From Myxococcota bacterium (lineage in GTDB: Bacteria > Myxococcota_A > Polyangia > Nannocystales > Nannocystaceae), in assembly GCA_039028615.1 (NCBI GenBank), contig JBCCHT010000012.1:194465-258464 (forward strand): 64,000 nucleotides of DNA, read 5' to 3'. The position numbers were made by a program, and so were the translations under genes. The first letter of the stretch is position 1, and each line of letters begins with the position of its first letter. The notes under the pieces were generated by a model, which ran no database searches, was not told the origin of the DNA, and was given only the letters and a program-made list of their open reading frames with translations. This document shows positions 10,305 through 20,475 of this stretch, in pieces.

Positions 10305-11576
10305 ATGGACCGCCGAGACTTCCTCAAGCTCTCCTCCGCTGCCGGCCTTTCCGTGGTCTCGCCCGTCGTCTACGGCGAGCGAGGCCTCAAGGAGCCACCG
10401 CGCAGCAGCTACGCGCCCTACGAGGGCAAGCTCTTCCTCTTCGTCAACGCCGCGGGCGGGTGGGACCCCACCAGCCTCTGTGACCCCAAGGGCGCGGCCT
10501 ACGAAGACGACCCGGAGCGGATGAACAACTACCTCGCCGCCGACATCGAGGAGGCGGGCAACATCCGCTACGCCCCGGTGGCGGGCAACAACGCCTTCTT
10601 CCAGAAGTACTACGACCGTACTTTGGTGGTGAACGGCATCGACATGCGCACCAACGGGCATGAGGCGGGCAACCGACACACGTGGAGTGGTCGGCTCTCC
10701 GAGGGCTACCCCTCGATGGCCGCGTTCTTTGCCGCCGCGTTCGGAGTCCAGCAACCGCTGGCCTTCATGACCTTCGGGGCCTACTCCGAGACGGCCGGGC
10801 TCGTGGCTCGTACGCGCTCGGGCAACGTCAACGTGCTCGAGCGGCTGGCATACCCCGCCCGCATGAACCCGGGTGACGAGACCTCGACCTTCCACAGCGA
10901 GCGCGCCCAGGAGCTGATGCTCAAGGCGCAGCAGGACCGCGAGGTCGCCCTGCTCGAGAACCAGGGCCTGCCTCGCATCCGGCACTCGATGTCGACCCTG
11001 TTCACCTCGCGCTCGGGCTCCAACGAGCTGCGCCGCCTCACCGAGTTCCTGCCGGAGACCTTCTCCGACAACCGCATCGGCGAGCAGGCCCAGCTGGCCC
11101 TGGCCGCGTTCCGAGCCGGCGTGTGTGTGTCCGCCAACCTCAGCATCGGCGGCTTCGACACCCACGGCAACCACGACGACAACCACTTCCCCAACCTCCA
11201 GCAGCTCACCGAGGGCCTGGACGTGCTGTGGGAAGAGGCCGAGGCCCACGGTGTCGCCGATCGCGTCATCGTGGCGGTGGGCTCCGACTTCGGCCGCACG
11301 CCGGGCTACAACGGCGGCAACGGCAAGGACCACTGGCCCATCAGCTCCATGATGTTCATGGGCTCGGGCATCCCCGGGAACAAGGTCATCGGCTCGAGCA
11401 CCGAGCGCCACCAGGCCAACGCCGTCAACCTCAGCACCCTGGCCGAAGACCCCAGCGGCTCGAACCTCGAGCCGGGCCATGTCTGCCAGGCCATGCGCCA
11501 GCTCGCCGGGCTCGAGAACTCCGAGCTCGCCGCGATGTTCCCCATCGAGAACGAGGTCGTGCCGCTGTTCAGCTGA
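10305..11576 (+). CDS. Tat-exported DUF1501 family protein
   Basis: MDRRDFLK twin-arginine signal, GGWDP, GGFDTH, SDFGRTP, GKDHWP. Confidence 0.85.
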   Translation: MDRRDFLKLSSAAGLSVVSPVVYGERGLKEPPRSSYAPYEGKLFLFVNAAGGWDPTSLCDPKGAAYEDDPERMNNYLAADIEEAGNIRYAPVAGNNAFFQKYYDRTLVVNGIDMRTNGHEAGNRHTWSGRLSEGYPSMAAFFAAAFGVQQPLAFMTFGAYSETAGLVARTRSGNVNVLERLAYPARMNPGDETSTFHSERAQELMLKAQQDREVALLENQGLPRIRHSMSTLFTSRSGSNELRRLTEFLPETFSDNRIGEQAQLALAAFRAGVCVSANLSIGGFDTHGNHDDNHFPNLQQLTEGLDVLWEEAEAHGVADRVIVAVGSDFGRTPGYNGGNGKDHWPISSMMFMGSGIPGNKVIGSSTERHQANAVNLSTLAEDPSGSNLEPGHVCQAMRQLAGLENSELAAMFPIENEVVPLFS

Positions 11577-11587
11577 GCGCTTTCGCC

Positions 11588-11640
11588 GACGACGCCGGGC
11601 CGGGCGGCACCCACGGGTGTCCCCGGCCTTCGTCGTTTTT
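11588..11640 (+). terminator. Intrinsic terminator
   Basis: GC-rich stem GGCCGGG...CCCGGCC with inner GGCACCC/GGGTGTC pairing, then a T-run, directly after the DUF1501 stop. Confidence 0.65.
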
Positions 11641-11708
11641 GCCGCCTGCTCGCTTCCGGGCTTCGCGGATCCCGCTGCCCCGGGCTATGCTCGGGGACCC
11701 CGGGCCGC

Positions 11709-12239
11709 ATGGGCTACCTGTTCCTCATCGTGGCTGGCTGGGCCACCTACGGCATCTTCCGCATGGTCCGCACCGGTCGGGAGAGCCAGCGCTACCTCAT
11801 CGAGTCACGCGAGGAGGTGCCGCTCCAGGTCGAGCACCTCAGCCGCCCCCTGGCGCGCCTGGCCGAGGACACCCGCCTGCTGCGAATCAGCCTCGAGGCG
11901 CCCGTGCGACAGATCCGCGAGCTTCTCACGGGCGACCTGGACACCACCAGCGTCGAGGACCTGCACGGCTTCGACAACATGTTGATCAACGTCACTCGGC
12001 AGCTCAACGAGTGGCTCCAGAGCGTCGATCGCCTGCCCCCCACGGAGACCGCCACCCTCCAGGACCTGGGCCTGAGCTCCGAGCCCGTCCGCAACGCCTT
12101 GAGCCAGGAGGGCTGGTCCTTCGACCGCCGCAACGTGCGAGGCCCGGGCGGCTCCATGGACCAGCGGATCCAGCGGATCATCGGCGAGCTGCACCGGGTC
12201 GAGACCCAGCTGCAGACCCCCGGGCGCCTGTATCGCTGA
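11709..12239 (+). CDS. Hypothetical protein with N-terminal membrane anchor
   Basis: Hydrophobic N-terminus MGYLFLIVAGWATYGIF, helical remainder, coding-like codon bias. Confidence 0.7.
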   Translation: MGYLFLIVAGWATYGIFRMVRTGRESQRYLIESREEVPLQVEHLSRPLARLAEDTRLLRISLEAPVRQIRELLTGDLDTTSVEDLHGFDNMLINVTRQLNEWLQSVDRLPPTETATLQDLGLSSEPVRNALSQEGWSFDRRNVRGPGGSMDQRIQRIIGELHRVETQLQTPGRLYR

Positions 12240-12450
12240 GCCCGTTTTCTGACACTTTGTCTGCCCGCGGTGCGGCGCGTTGTCGCGCTGGCGCGAGGCG
12301 AGTGGCAACTCCCGTCACCGGAAGTGTTGAAGGCTGCAACACCCGTGGGATTTGGCGCGTTTGAATCCAACGATGAATGTGCTGGCCCGCACTCTGCAAT
12401 GAAGACGCAGTGAACCTTTCGACTCCCCTTCGCGTCCAAATAGATGTCCG

Positions 12451-12543
12451 ATGATGGTATCTCCGATCACTATTACCCTCGCCTTGATGGCTTGTGCTTT
12501 CGTTATCGCCGTGGCTTACGTGGCCATCGACGAGCACGTCTGA
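12451..12543 (+). CDS. Candidate 30-aa single-TM small protein (not in ORF track)
   Basis: Hand translation MMVSPITITLALMACAFVIAVAYVAIDEHV*, in an otherwise empty intergenic gap. Confidence 0.4.
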   Translation: MMVSPITITLALMACAFVIAVAYVAIDEHV

Positions 12544-12772
12544 CACCGACCGAGGGTTTACCCCCGAGGGGGTCCACCAGTAGCCGTGCGGTCGCCCGAT
12601 CGCGCGGCTTCGGTGCGTCTGGAGCCCGGGAGAACACCCAAGGGGATCCACCCAAGGGTCTTCCACCCGTCCTCCCCACGCGACGACGGCGGCCCCAAAG
12701 CGCTCCAGAACGTCGCTGGAGCCACCTCAGGCCGCCGCTGCGCCCGCCGGGCTTCGCCGGCTGTGCCGCGGC

Positions 12773-13966
<1,194 letters not shown>

Positions 13967-14072
13967 GGTCTGTCGTCTCCGTCCGGGCGAAGGGTATCAA
14001 CCCCGGACGCAGCGCTGCCCGCAAATGGTTCAGCTATGGAACGTGAGCAGACCCGCCTAGTCTGGCCTCACG

Positions 14073-14164
14073 AAAAAGGGTGGCCCGGTCCCGACCGGTG
14101 AAGAGGGAGAGTTCGACGATACTGCCCCCAGACATCGCCGAACCGGTACGGGACCGGGAACACC
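14073..14164 (-). terminator. Long minus-strand hairpin plus U-tract (terminator or structured RNA) upstream of kbl
   Basis: Arms 14084-14099 and 14142-14158 with an inner stem closed by a GGGG loop. G-U pairs form only on the minus strand. Followed by CCCTTTTTC. Confidence 0.5.
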
Positions 14165-14165
14165 G

Positions 14166-14675
14166 CTATGGAATCACGATGCGACCAGGCGCCCCGGAAG
14201 CTCCGGTGGCCGTGTGACACGACGAACAGCTCCCATTGACTTGCATGGTGTTCATCAGTCGAGTGGCGCCGTTGACAACGACGGAGGCCCGGTACGGCAT
14301 TGCAACAGGACCATCGTTCGCCGCGAGGTAGAAGTTACCGGCCTCGTTGGTCGGCAGGCTGATCTCACGCCCGTTGGCGTCGACGATCTCGACCGTGGCG
14401 CCCTCGAAGCCGAAGCACTCGTTGGGCTCCGCGAACAGCTCGTAGACGGTGCCCGCGATCAGGAACTCGGGGCCGCCGTTGGTGGCATGGCAGGCGATGC
14501 AATCGCCCCCGGGGTGCATCTGCGGGGACCCCTCGTTGCCTCCGACCCAGCGCCGCCCGGACACGCATTCGTCGTTGGAGACGGTCGCGACGAGCGGACC
14601 GCCGTCATCGTCGTCACAGCCCGCCAGGGGAATCGAGAGCAATACCGCAGCGAACGCAAGGCGAAGGTCGACCAT
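14166..14675 (-). CDS. Small diheme c-type lipoprotein with carboxypeptidase-regulatory-like beta domain
   Basis: Lipobox LAGC, MHPGGDCIACH, GSCSSCH, TNEAGNFY. Confidence 0.75.
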   Translation of the reverse strand: MVDLRLAFAAVLLSIPLAGCDDDDGGPLVATVSNDECVSGRRWVGGNEGSPQMHPGGDCIACHATNGGPEFLIAGTVYELFAEPNECFGFEGATVEIVDANGREISLPTNEAGNFYLAANDGPVAMPYRASVVVNGATRLMNTMQVNGSCSSCHTATGASGAPGRIVIP

Positions 14676-14731
14676 CACCCACCCCTTGCGCCGAGCGCCC
14701 CGATCGTTACAAACCAAATCGGGATGCTGGG

Positions 14732-16093
14732 TCAATTCGCCAGCGGCGCGTCGAGCTCGCTGACCCCGACCACCAGCCGTCCCACCGAGCCATCGGCCAG
14801 GTTCGTCCAGTACAGCCAGCGCCCCTCGACCTGGCCGCGGCCGAAGTGGAGGTTGTTGAAGCGCGAGCGCCCGGCCGCGGGCGCCGACCAGCTGCGGCGG
14901 ACCTCGGTGGGCCCTTCGGCGGAGTAGCGCGCCAAGACCAGGGTCTCGGTGTCGGGGCAGCCCACCCAAAGGCTGCTGCCCTCGTCGAACACGAGCCCCT
15001 CGACGCGGCAGGTGGCATCGAGCTCGAGGTAGGTCTCGGGCTCACCCGCCATACCGCCTTCGAGCAGGGGCACGCGCCAGACCATGCCCGAGCCGCCCAC
15101 GTAGATGGCGTTGCCCTCGGGGCCGAAGGCCATGGCCCCCGGATCGAGCACGTCGGTCTCGCTGAGGAACTCGGAGGTGGTCGTGCGCTTCGCATCCCAG
15201 CGCAGCACACGGCCGCCGACTCCGGTGGAGACATACACGTTGCCGCTGGTGTCGGGCAGCGGCAGCTCGACCTCGCCTGGGCCTTCGGCGTCGAGGCTGA
15301 ACAGGTTGCTCACGTTGCCGCTGACCGAGTTGAGCTGATCGACGCGAGGCGAGCCGACCTCGCGATTGGCGATGATCAGGTTCTCGCCGCTGAAGTTGGC
15401 GCCCGCGGGCGCACCCGACATCGGGTAGCTCTGGAGGAGCGTGCCCTCGCCATCGAAGAGCGAGACGAAGCCCTCGTTCGAGACGACCCACATGCCGGCT
15501 GCGTCGAAGTCGATGCCGTCCGGGGTCCCGAGTTCGGCGGGGTCCTCGACCCCGGACAGGAAGTCTTCGAAGGTCTCGTCGATGATCGTCAGCTCGACGT
15601 CGGCCTCGACGGTCACGGAGTTGCGCAGCGCGGTGAGGCGCAGGGTGACCACCTCGCCCGCGGCGATGTCCGTCGGCAGCACCACCGCGATCTCGAGCGT
15701 CGTGGCACCGAGGATCTCGACGGTCGGGCCGCCCGCCTGCGTCCACGAGAACTCTTCGGCCATGACATCCGCGCTGACCGGCACCACCAGGCCCGCGATG
15801 ACCTCGCGGCCCTCGTCGACCTCGACCTGCGGGCCCAAGGCGCACTCGTCTTCGACGCAGAACAGGCCGCCGATGCAGGCGCCCTCGAGGCACGCACAGC
15901 CCTGGTTGCCGGGCACACAGCCGCCGCTGTCGTCGGCCGGCCCGCTGTCGAGCGACACGTCGGGGCTCGTGGTGGCGTCACCGGTATCGACCGCCCCGGG
16001 GGCGCTCATGTTGGCGGGGGACGAGTCGCCGTCGGGGCACGCACCAACGACCAGCGCCAACGCGCCCAGCCACCATCCTCGAGTCCAAGCCAT
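14732..16093 (-). CDS. Lipoprotein with Cys-rich segment, Ig-like domain and SMP-30/gluconolactonase-like beta-propeller
   Basis: Lipobox VGAC, CVPGNQGCAC, FSWTQAGGP (PKD-like), propeller blades PDGIDFD, PGAMAFGPEG and VEGLVFD. Confidence 0.65.
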   Translation of the reverse strand: MAWTRGWWLGALALVVGACPDGDSSPANMSAPGAVDTGDATTSPDVSLDSGPADDSGGCVPGNQGCACLEGACIGGLFCVEDECALGPQVEVDEGREVIAGLVVPVSADVMAEEFSWTQAGGPTVEILGATTLEIAVVLPTDIAAGEVVTLRLTALRNSVTVEADVELTIIDETFEDFLSGVEDPAELGTPDGIDFDAAGMWVVSNEGFVSLFDGEGTLLQSYPMSGAPAGANFSGENLIIANREVGSPRVDQLNSVSGNVSNLFSLDAEGPGEVELPLPDTSGNVYVSTGVGGRVLRWDAKRTTTSEFLSETDVLDPGAMAFGPEGNAIYVGGSGMVWRVPLLEGGMAGEPETYLELDATCRVEGLVFDEGSSLWVGCPDTETLVLARYSAEGPTEVRRSWSAPAAGRSRFNNLHFGRGQVEGRWLYWTNLADGSVGRLVVGVSELDAPLAN

Positions 16094-16145
16094 GCGGCAT
16101 TGTACCCGAGCCGGTCCTCCCCTTCTCGGGGGCGCTAGGCCTCGA

Positions 16146-17111
16146 TTACTTGGAGTTCATCCACTCTGGATCGTCGCGCACGAGCTGGCGGATCCGAGGG
16201 ATCAGGTCGGCGGTCATGCCGTCGAGATCGAAGTTCGGTTTCCAGCCCCAGTCGGCGCGGGCACGGCCGTCGTCGAGTTCGTCGGGCCAGGAATCCAAGA
16301 TGGCCTGGCGCGCGAGGTCGGGCATGAACCCGATCTCCACGCCGTCGATCGCCCGCGCCACGCTTTCGGCGATCTCCTGGGCGGTGGGGCTGAACGCAGC
16401 GATGTTGTAGACGCAGCGGTGCAGCCCTTCGCGGGGCGCGTCGGGCAGCTCGGCCAGCGCCCGCACCCCGTCGGGCATGTACATCAAAGGAATGCGCGTG
16501 TCGGGGCGACAGAACGCTTCGTAGCCGCCGCGCCGGATCCCGTCGACATACATATAGAGGGCGTAGTCACTCGTGCCTCCGCCGGGCAGCGACGCGCTGA
16601 TGAGGCCGGGGAAACGAACCCCGCGAAAGTCGAGGCCGTAGCGACGGTGGTAGTACTCGCCGAGCAGCTCGCCCGCGACCTTGGTGACCCCGTACATGGT
16701 GGTCGGGTGCAAGGGTACGTCGTCGCCGACGCGCGCGGGCAAGCCGGGGCCGTACACCGCGATGGTGCTGGTGAACACGACCTGCTCCACCCCGTGCTGA
16801 CGACAGGCCTCGAGCACGTTCCAGGTGCCGTGCTGGTTGACGGCATAGGTACGCTGCGGGTTGGCCTCTCCGCGAGCGCTGAGGATCGCGGCGAGGTGAT
16901 AGACCCGCTCGATCCGAAGCTCGCGGATGAGCCCCTGCACCGCGTCTTCGTTCAAGACGTCGAGCTCGTGCCACGGGACCTCGGGCGCCAAAGCCCGCTC
17001 CCCCGGTCGCGCCACGACGTCACTGCCGTGAACCTCGTGCCCGCGCGTGCGTAGATCTGCAATGAGGTCGAGTCCGACCTGCCCTGCTGCCCCCGTGACC
17101 AGTATTCGCAT
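16146..17111 (-). CDS. NAD-dependent epimerase/dehydratase, probable SDR-type L-threonine 3-dehydrogenase
   Basis: ILVTGAAGQVG, HLAAILSARGE, TMYGVTK (YxxxK), PGGGTSDYA, RQAILDSWP. kbl is nearby on the same strand. Confidence 0.85.
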   Translation of the reverse strand: MRILVTGAAGQVGLDLIADLRTRGHEVHGSDVVARPGERALAPEVPWHELDVLNEDAVQGLIRELRIERVYHLAAILSARGEANPQRTYAVNQHGTWNVLEACRQHGVEQVVFTSTIAVYGPGLPARVGDDVPLHPTTMYGVTKVAGELLGEYYHRRYGLDFRGVRFPGLISASLPGGGTSDYALYMYVDGIRRGGYEAFCRPDTRIPLMYMPDGVRALAELPDAPREGLHRCVYNIAAFSPTAQEIAESVARAIDGVEIGFMPDLARQAILDSWPDELDDGRARADWGWKPNFDLDGMTADLIPRIRQLVRDDPEWMNSK

Positions 17112-17237
17112 TCGTCTTGCCCCAACCGTTCGTCCCCCGACCGGCCACCGATGATCGCGAGCCCACCCGGCGCCGGCAAGCGAGCAGCCGCACCACAGGC
17201 GACGTGCCAGCCCTTCGGCGCCGTGGGGGCGCTCACA

Positions 17238-18914
17238 TCACGATGCGACGAGCGACGGGTCGGTGGCGAAGAACCGATTGAGCTCGGCGCTCTGGTAGCT
17301 GCGGTAGTCGATGGCCCAAGGCGTGACCGTGGTTTCACCCCCCTTGCGGGCGATGGTCAGGGCCATGGGGCGGACGTCGCGGTAGTTGCTGTCCTCGGGC
17401 ACGTCGTCGTTCTCGACGCCGCCCGCGGAGAAGACCGTGAGTAGGCGGATGTCGTCACGCGGGTACATGTCGCGGAACCCGGCGTTGACCTTCTCGTGGC
17501 CGCGCACCATGAGCGCGCACCCGATGTCCGACATGAAGCGCCGGAACTGCTGGCGGCCGAAGGGGAAGCGGGCACTCGACTTCTGCAGCTCGTCGGGGAT
17601 CACCTCGGCGCGGCTGGGGTCGCTCCACAGCATCTGGAAGCGGATGTCCGGGTCGTTGAGCGACTCGAGGCCCTTCCAGCGCTCGCGCAGCAGGGCGTCG
17701 CGGGGGATGCCGCCATGCACGAACAGCAAGTTGTCGTAGAGCAGGCTGTTGGGCATTCTCTCGAAGAAGGCCAAGTAGCGCTCGAAGACCTCGCCGGGCA
17801 GCACCTGCGAGAGGCTGTTGATGGTGTCGGCCGGCTTCACGCCGCCGTAGATCCGCCCGTTGTACTCGATGTAGTACTCGTGGTTTCCGCGGAGCACGAC
17901 CACGTGCTCGGGCACCGTCATATAGAGCTTGAGCACCGCTCGCAGCACGCCGTTGAAGGCAAAGCGCCCGCGATCGATGTAGTCGCCCAGCAGAACCAGC
18001 CGCGGCTCGGGGTTGTTCTCGGGGTCCGCCCGATAGTTGCGGACCTTGTTCATGAAGTCGGCCTGCATCACGGCCGCTTTGAGGCAGCTGTAGCAGCCGT
18101 GTAGATCTCCTAGAACGATGAGTTCGAAATCCTTGGGGCGTGAAACGACGTGCACATGCCCGTCGAGGTGATCACCCGGCTCGGTGAAGTCCTCGATCGA
18201 CTGCTTGCCCGCGAGCACCCCCTGGCTCGCCTCGCGACGCGCGTCCCAGTTGGCCTCCACCTCCTCGAGCAAGCGAAGGTCGGCGTCGATCTGCTTGCGG
18301 ATGAGGTCGGGATCGGCCGAGTAGTGGTGCTCGAACCCGGCGAAGAAAGGATGGTCCTGCTGCTTGGAGCGGAGCTCGGCCGGCTTTTGGATCTCGAGCT
18401 TGGCATCGGACCCGGACACTTCTTCGAAGCGCACCTCGGCGCCGAGCAGCGCGGCCAGGTCGTTGCGGAAGCGGACCTCGGCCGGGTGCACCACCCCGTC
18501 GGCCCCGATGAAGTCGTCGACGATGCCGAGCAGCGCCTCGCGGTTGTCCGAGGTCAACGCCCGAAACATCTCGTAGCAGCGCAGATGCAGCTTGCTGAGC
18601 ACGAAGCCCTGCGGGTCCTCGCCTTCCGCCACCGCCTCCGTGAACAGCGAACGGACGTCGTAGTCGATCTGCTGGAAGCGCTCGACGTAGTGCTCGTGCT
18701 GCCGCTCGATCTGCTCGAAGCGAACCTCGGCCGACAGCTCGCCCTGAGCGTCGACGCGGGCCGTGACCAGCTTGCGAAGGAACGACCGCACGAAGGCTTT
18801 TTCGCGGAGGTCGAACTCCGAGTCGATATAGCCGCAGGCCGTTAGGTAGAAGATGACCGCCTCGATCTGCTGTTCTGCGATCTTGGGGTCCTGGCTGAGC
18901 TGGATCATCGCCAT
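17238..18914 (-). CDS. PPP-family Ser/Thr phosphatase with N-terminal TerB-like domain
   Basis: GDLHG, GDYIDRG, LRGNHE, VHGG, LWSDP, RGHE, TVFSA. N-terminal YIDSEFDLRE and GADGVVHPAE are TerB-like. Confidence 0.8.
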   Translation of the reverse strand: MAMIQLSQDPKIAEQQIEAVIFYLTACGYIDSEFDLREKAFVRSFLRKLVTARVDAQGELSAEVRFEQIERQHEHYVERFQQIDYDVRSLFTEAVAEGEDPQGFVLSKLHLRCYEMFRALTSDNREALLGIVDDFIGADGVVHPAEVRFRNDLAALLGAEVRFEEVSGSDAKLEIQKPAELRSKQQDHPFFAGFEHHYSADPDLIRKQIDADLRLLEEVEANWDARREASQGVLAGKQSIEDFTEPGDHLDGHVHVVSRPKDFELIVLGDLHGCYSCLKAAVMQADFMNKVRNYRADPENNPEPRLVLLGDYIDRGRFAFNGVLRAVLKLYMTVPEHVVVLRGNHEYYIEYNGRIYGGVKPADTINSLSQVLPGEVFERYLAFFERMPNSLLYDNLLFVHGGIPRDALLRERWKGLESLNDPDIRFQMLWSDPSRAEVIPDELQKSSARFPFGRQQFRRFMSDIGCALMVRGHEKVNAGFRDMYPRDDIRLLTVFSAGGVENDDVPEDSNYRDVRPMALTIARKGGETTVTPWAIDYRSYQSAELNRFFATDPSLVAS

Positions 18915-19337
18915 GCCGATCCGGGTCCTTGGTCAGTAACGGGTGAAGGATCTCGTCGGCCGCTGGCTCGTCGCTAAGGTGACAGCGACCGTGCAGACAC
19001 GTGCGCGCGGCAGAGTGTAGTCCTCAAACGAAGGTTCCACAGTGATCCACGCCGCGCAACGGTTTCCGGCCGCCTGACCGATGCATTGCAAACCCGTGTT
19101 CCGTGCGATCAGAATGAAGCGGACCGCTGGTTTCCCCGACCCGAATTTCCGTATTCAATCTGGAGCAGATGAGGTCGCGCACGGTGCTAGCGGCCCAAAT
19201 TCAGGCCATTCGAATTCACGGAAAATTCGGGATCCGTTTGACCCCGATTCGTCGCGTTTGGCATAAGTTCCGTGCCTGCGGTCGAGACGTTTTCGTCCCG
19301 GCCCAACCCACCACCTACTCCCGCGAGGAAACCGATA

Positions 19338-19544
19338 ATGCGAAAGACCGCTGCTCTTCTGTGCGCCCTCATGGCCCTCCCCGCTGTTGGCTGCGCCTAC
19401 GGCGACATGGTCGTCCACCCCAACGGCAAGATCTACGTCCAGCGCCAAGACAGCTTCCTGTTCGGCGCCCTGCGCAAGATGTACGAGTGCACCCCCGACG
19501 GTGCCGGCAACGTCACCTGCGTGGACATGGCGGGCAAGCCCTAG
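19338..19544 (+). CDS. Small lipoprotein, tandem copy 1 (68 aa)
   Basis: Lipobox AVGC, GAGGA RBS-like sequence upstream, near-identical to the next gene. Confidence 0.8.
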   Translation: MRKTAALLCALMALPAVGCAYGDMVVHPNGKIYVQRQDSFLFGALRKMYECTPDGAGNVTCVDMAGKP

Positions 19545-19600
19545 TCAGCTCGGCGACCACTCGTTGGTCGCCATGACTCACCGCGAAACGGACAAGAACA

Positions 19601-19807
19601 ATGCGTAAGACCGCTGCTCTTCTTTGTGCCCTCATGGCCCTCCCCGCCGCCGGCTGTGCCTACGGCGAGATGGTCGTTCACCCCAACGGCAAGATCTACG
19701 TGCAGCGCCAGGATGCCTTCCTGTTCGGCGCCCTGCGCAAGATGTACGAGTGCACCCCCGACGGCGCCGGCAACGTGACCTGCGTCGACATGGCTGGCAA
19801 GCCCTAG
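19601..19807 (+). CDS. Small lipoprotein, tandem copy 2 (68 aa)
   Basis: Lipobox AAGC. 65/68 aa identical to copy 1, with additional synonymous differences. Confidence 0.8.
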   Translation: MRKTAALLCALMALPAAGCAYGEMVVHPNGKIYVQRQDAFLFGALRKMYECTPDGAGNVTCVDMAGKP

Positions 19808-19828
19808 GCTGCAAGCATTCGTATGAGC

Positions 19829-19868
19829 TCGACCCCGTGGTGCACCGCACCCCGGGGTCGAACTTTTT
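19829..19868 (+). terminator. Intrinsic terminator
   Basis: TCGACCCCG/CGGGGTCGA stem with inner GGTGC/GCACC pairing, then ACTTTTT. Confidence 0.6.
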
Positions 19869-19887
19869 CCGGCCCGAGTTTTTTTCG

Positions 19888-20385
19888 ATGAACCGTTCGA
19901 CCGTGCTCCGCCCCTTCGCCGCTTTCGCCCTGCCGTGTTTGTTGCTCACCTCGACCCTCGGGTGTGGTGGCTCGGACCAACCCGCGCCTCGACCCGGTAA
20001 GCGAGCCAAGGGTCGCGAGGGTGATCCCGCGCTCGTTCACAACTGGAAGATGCCAGCCGACAAGAGCGTGCTCGAAAGCGCCGACCTCGGCTCGGACCCG
20101 CCCGCTCTCGCCGACGCGTTCATGACCGGAAGCGGTGCACCCGGGATCAGCCATCGCATCGCGAACACGTGCGCGACCGAAGGAGTGCTGGCCGGAGTCG
20201 CAACCATCGCCCTGCGCTTTTCCGCGACCGAGGCCGGAGCGATCGAGAAGGTCGAAGGCGACCCGGCCGGCAAAGCGGCCGACTGTCTCGTCAAAGCCTT
20301 CCAAGCCGAGGTCGAAGGCGCGAACGGGCTCCCCGCGGGAGCTGCGCTGATGGTGTTGCGTTTTCATCCCCCCAAGGCCCGTTGA
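19888..20385 (+). CDS. Hypothetical lipoprotein
   Basis: Signal peptide ending TLGC. ATG at 19888 is in frame with ORF 19624-20385. Confidence 0.65.
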   Translation: MNRSTVLRPFAAFALPCLLLTSTLGCGGSDQPAPRPGKRAKGREGDPALVHNWKMPADKSVLESADLGSDPPALADAFMTGSGAPGISHRIANTCATEGVLAGVATIALRFSATEAGAIEKVEGDPAGKAADCLVKAFQAEVEGANGLPAGAALMVLRFHPPKAR

Positions 20386-20475
20386 GGGCATTGCCAGGCG
20401 GCACGAGTCGTCGAAAGGGGCCTCGCCGAAGGCCGGCAGTGGTCGTCGCACGGGCTTTCGGTTAGCCTGGCGGCC

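Noticed and set aside
14097..14135. GGTGAAGAGGGA...ACTGCCCCC resembling part of a cobalamin riboswitch
   Set aside because: It lacks the rest of the consensus, G-U pairing favours the opposite strand, and no B12-related gene lies downstream.
19259..19277. TGGCATAAGTTCCGTGC as a sigma54 promoter for the tandem lipoproteins
   Set aside because: The GG-to-GC spacing is 12 nt rather than the required 10.
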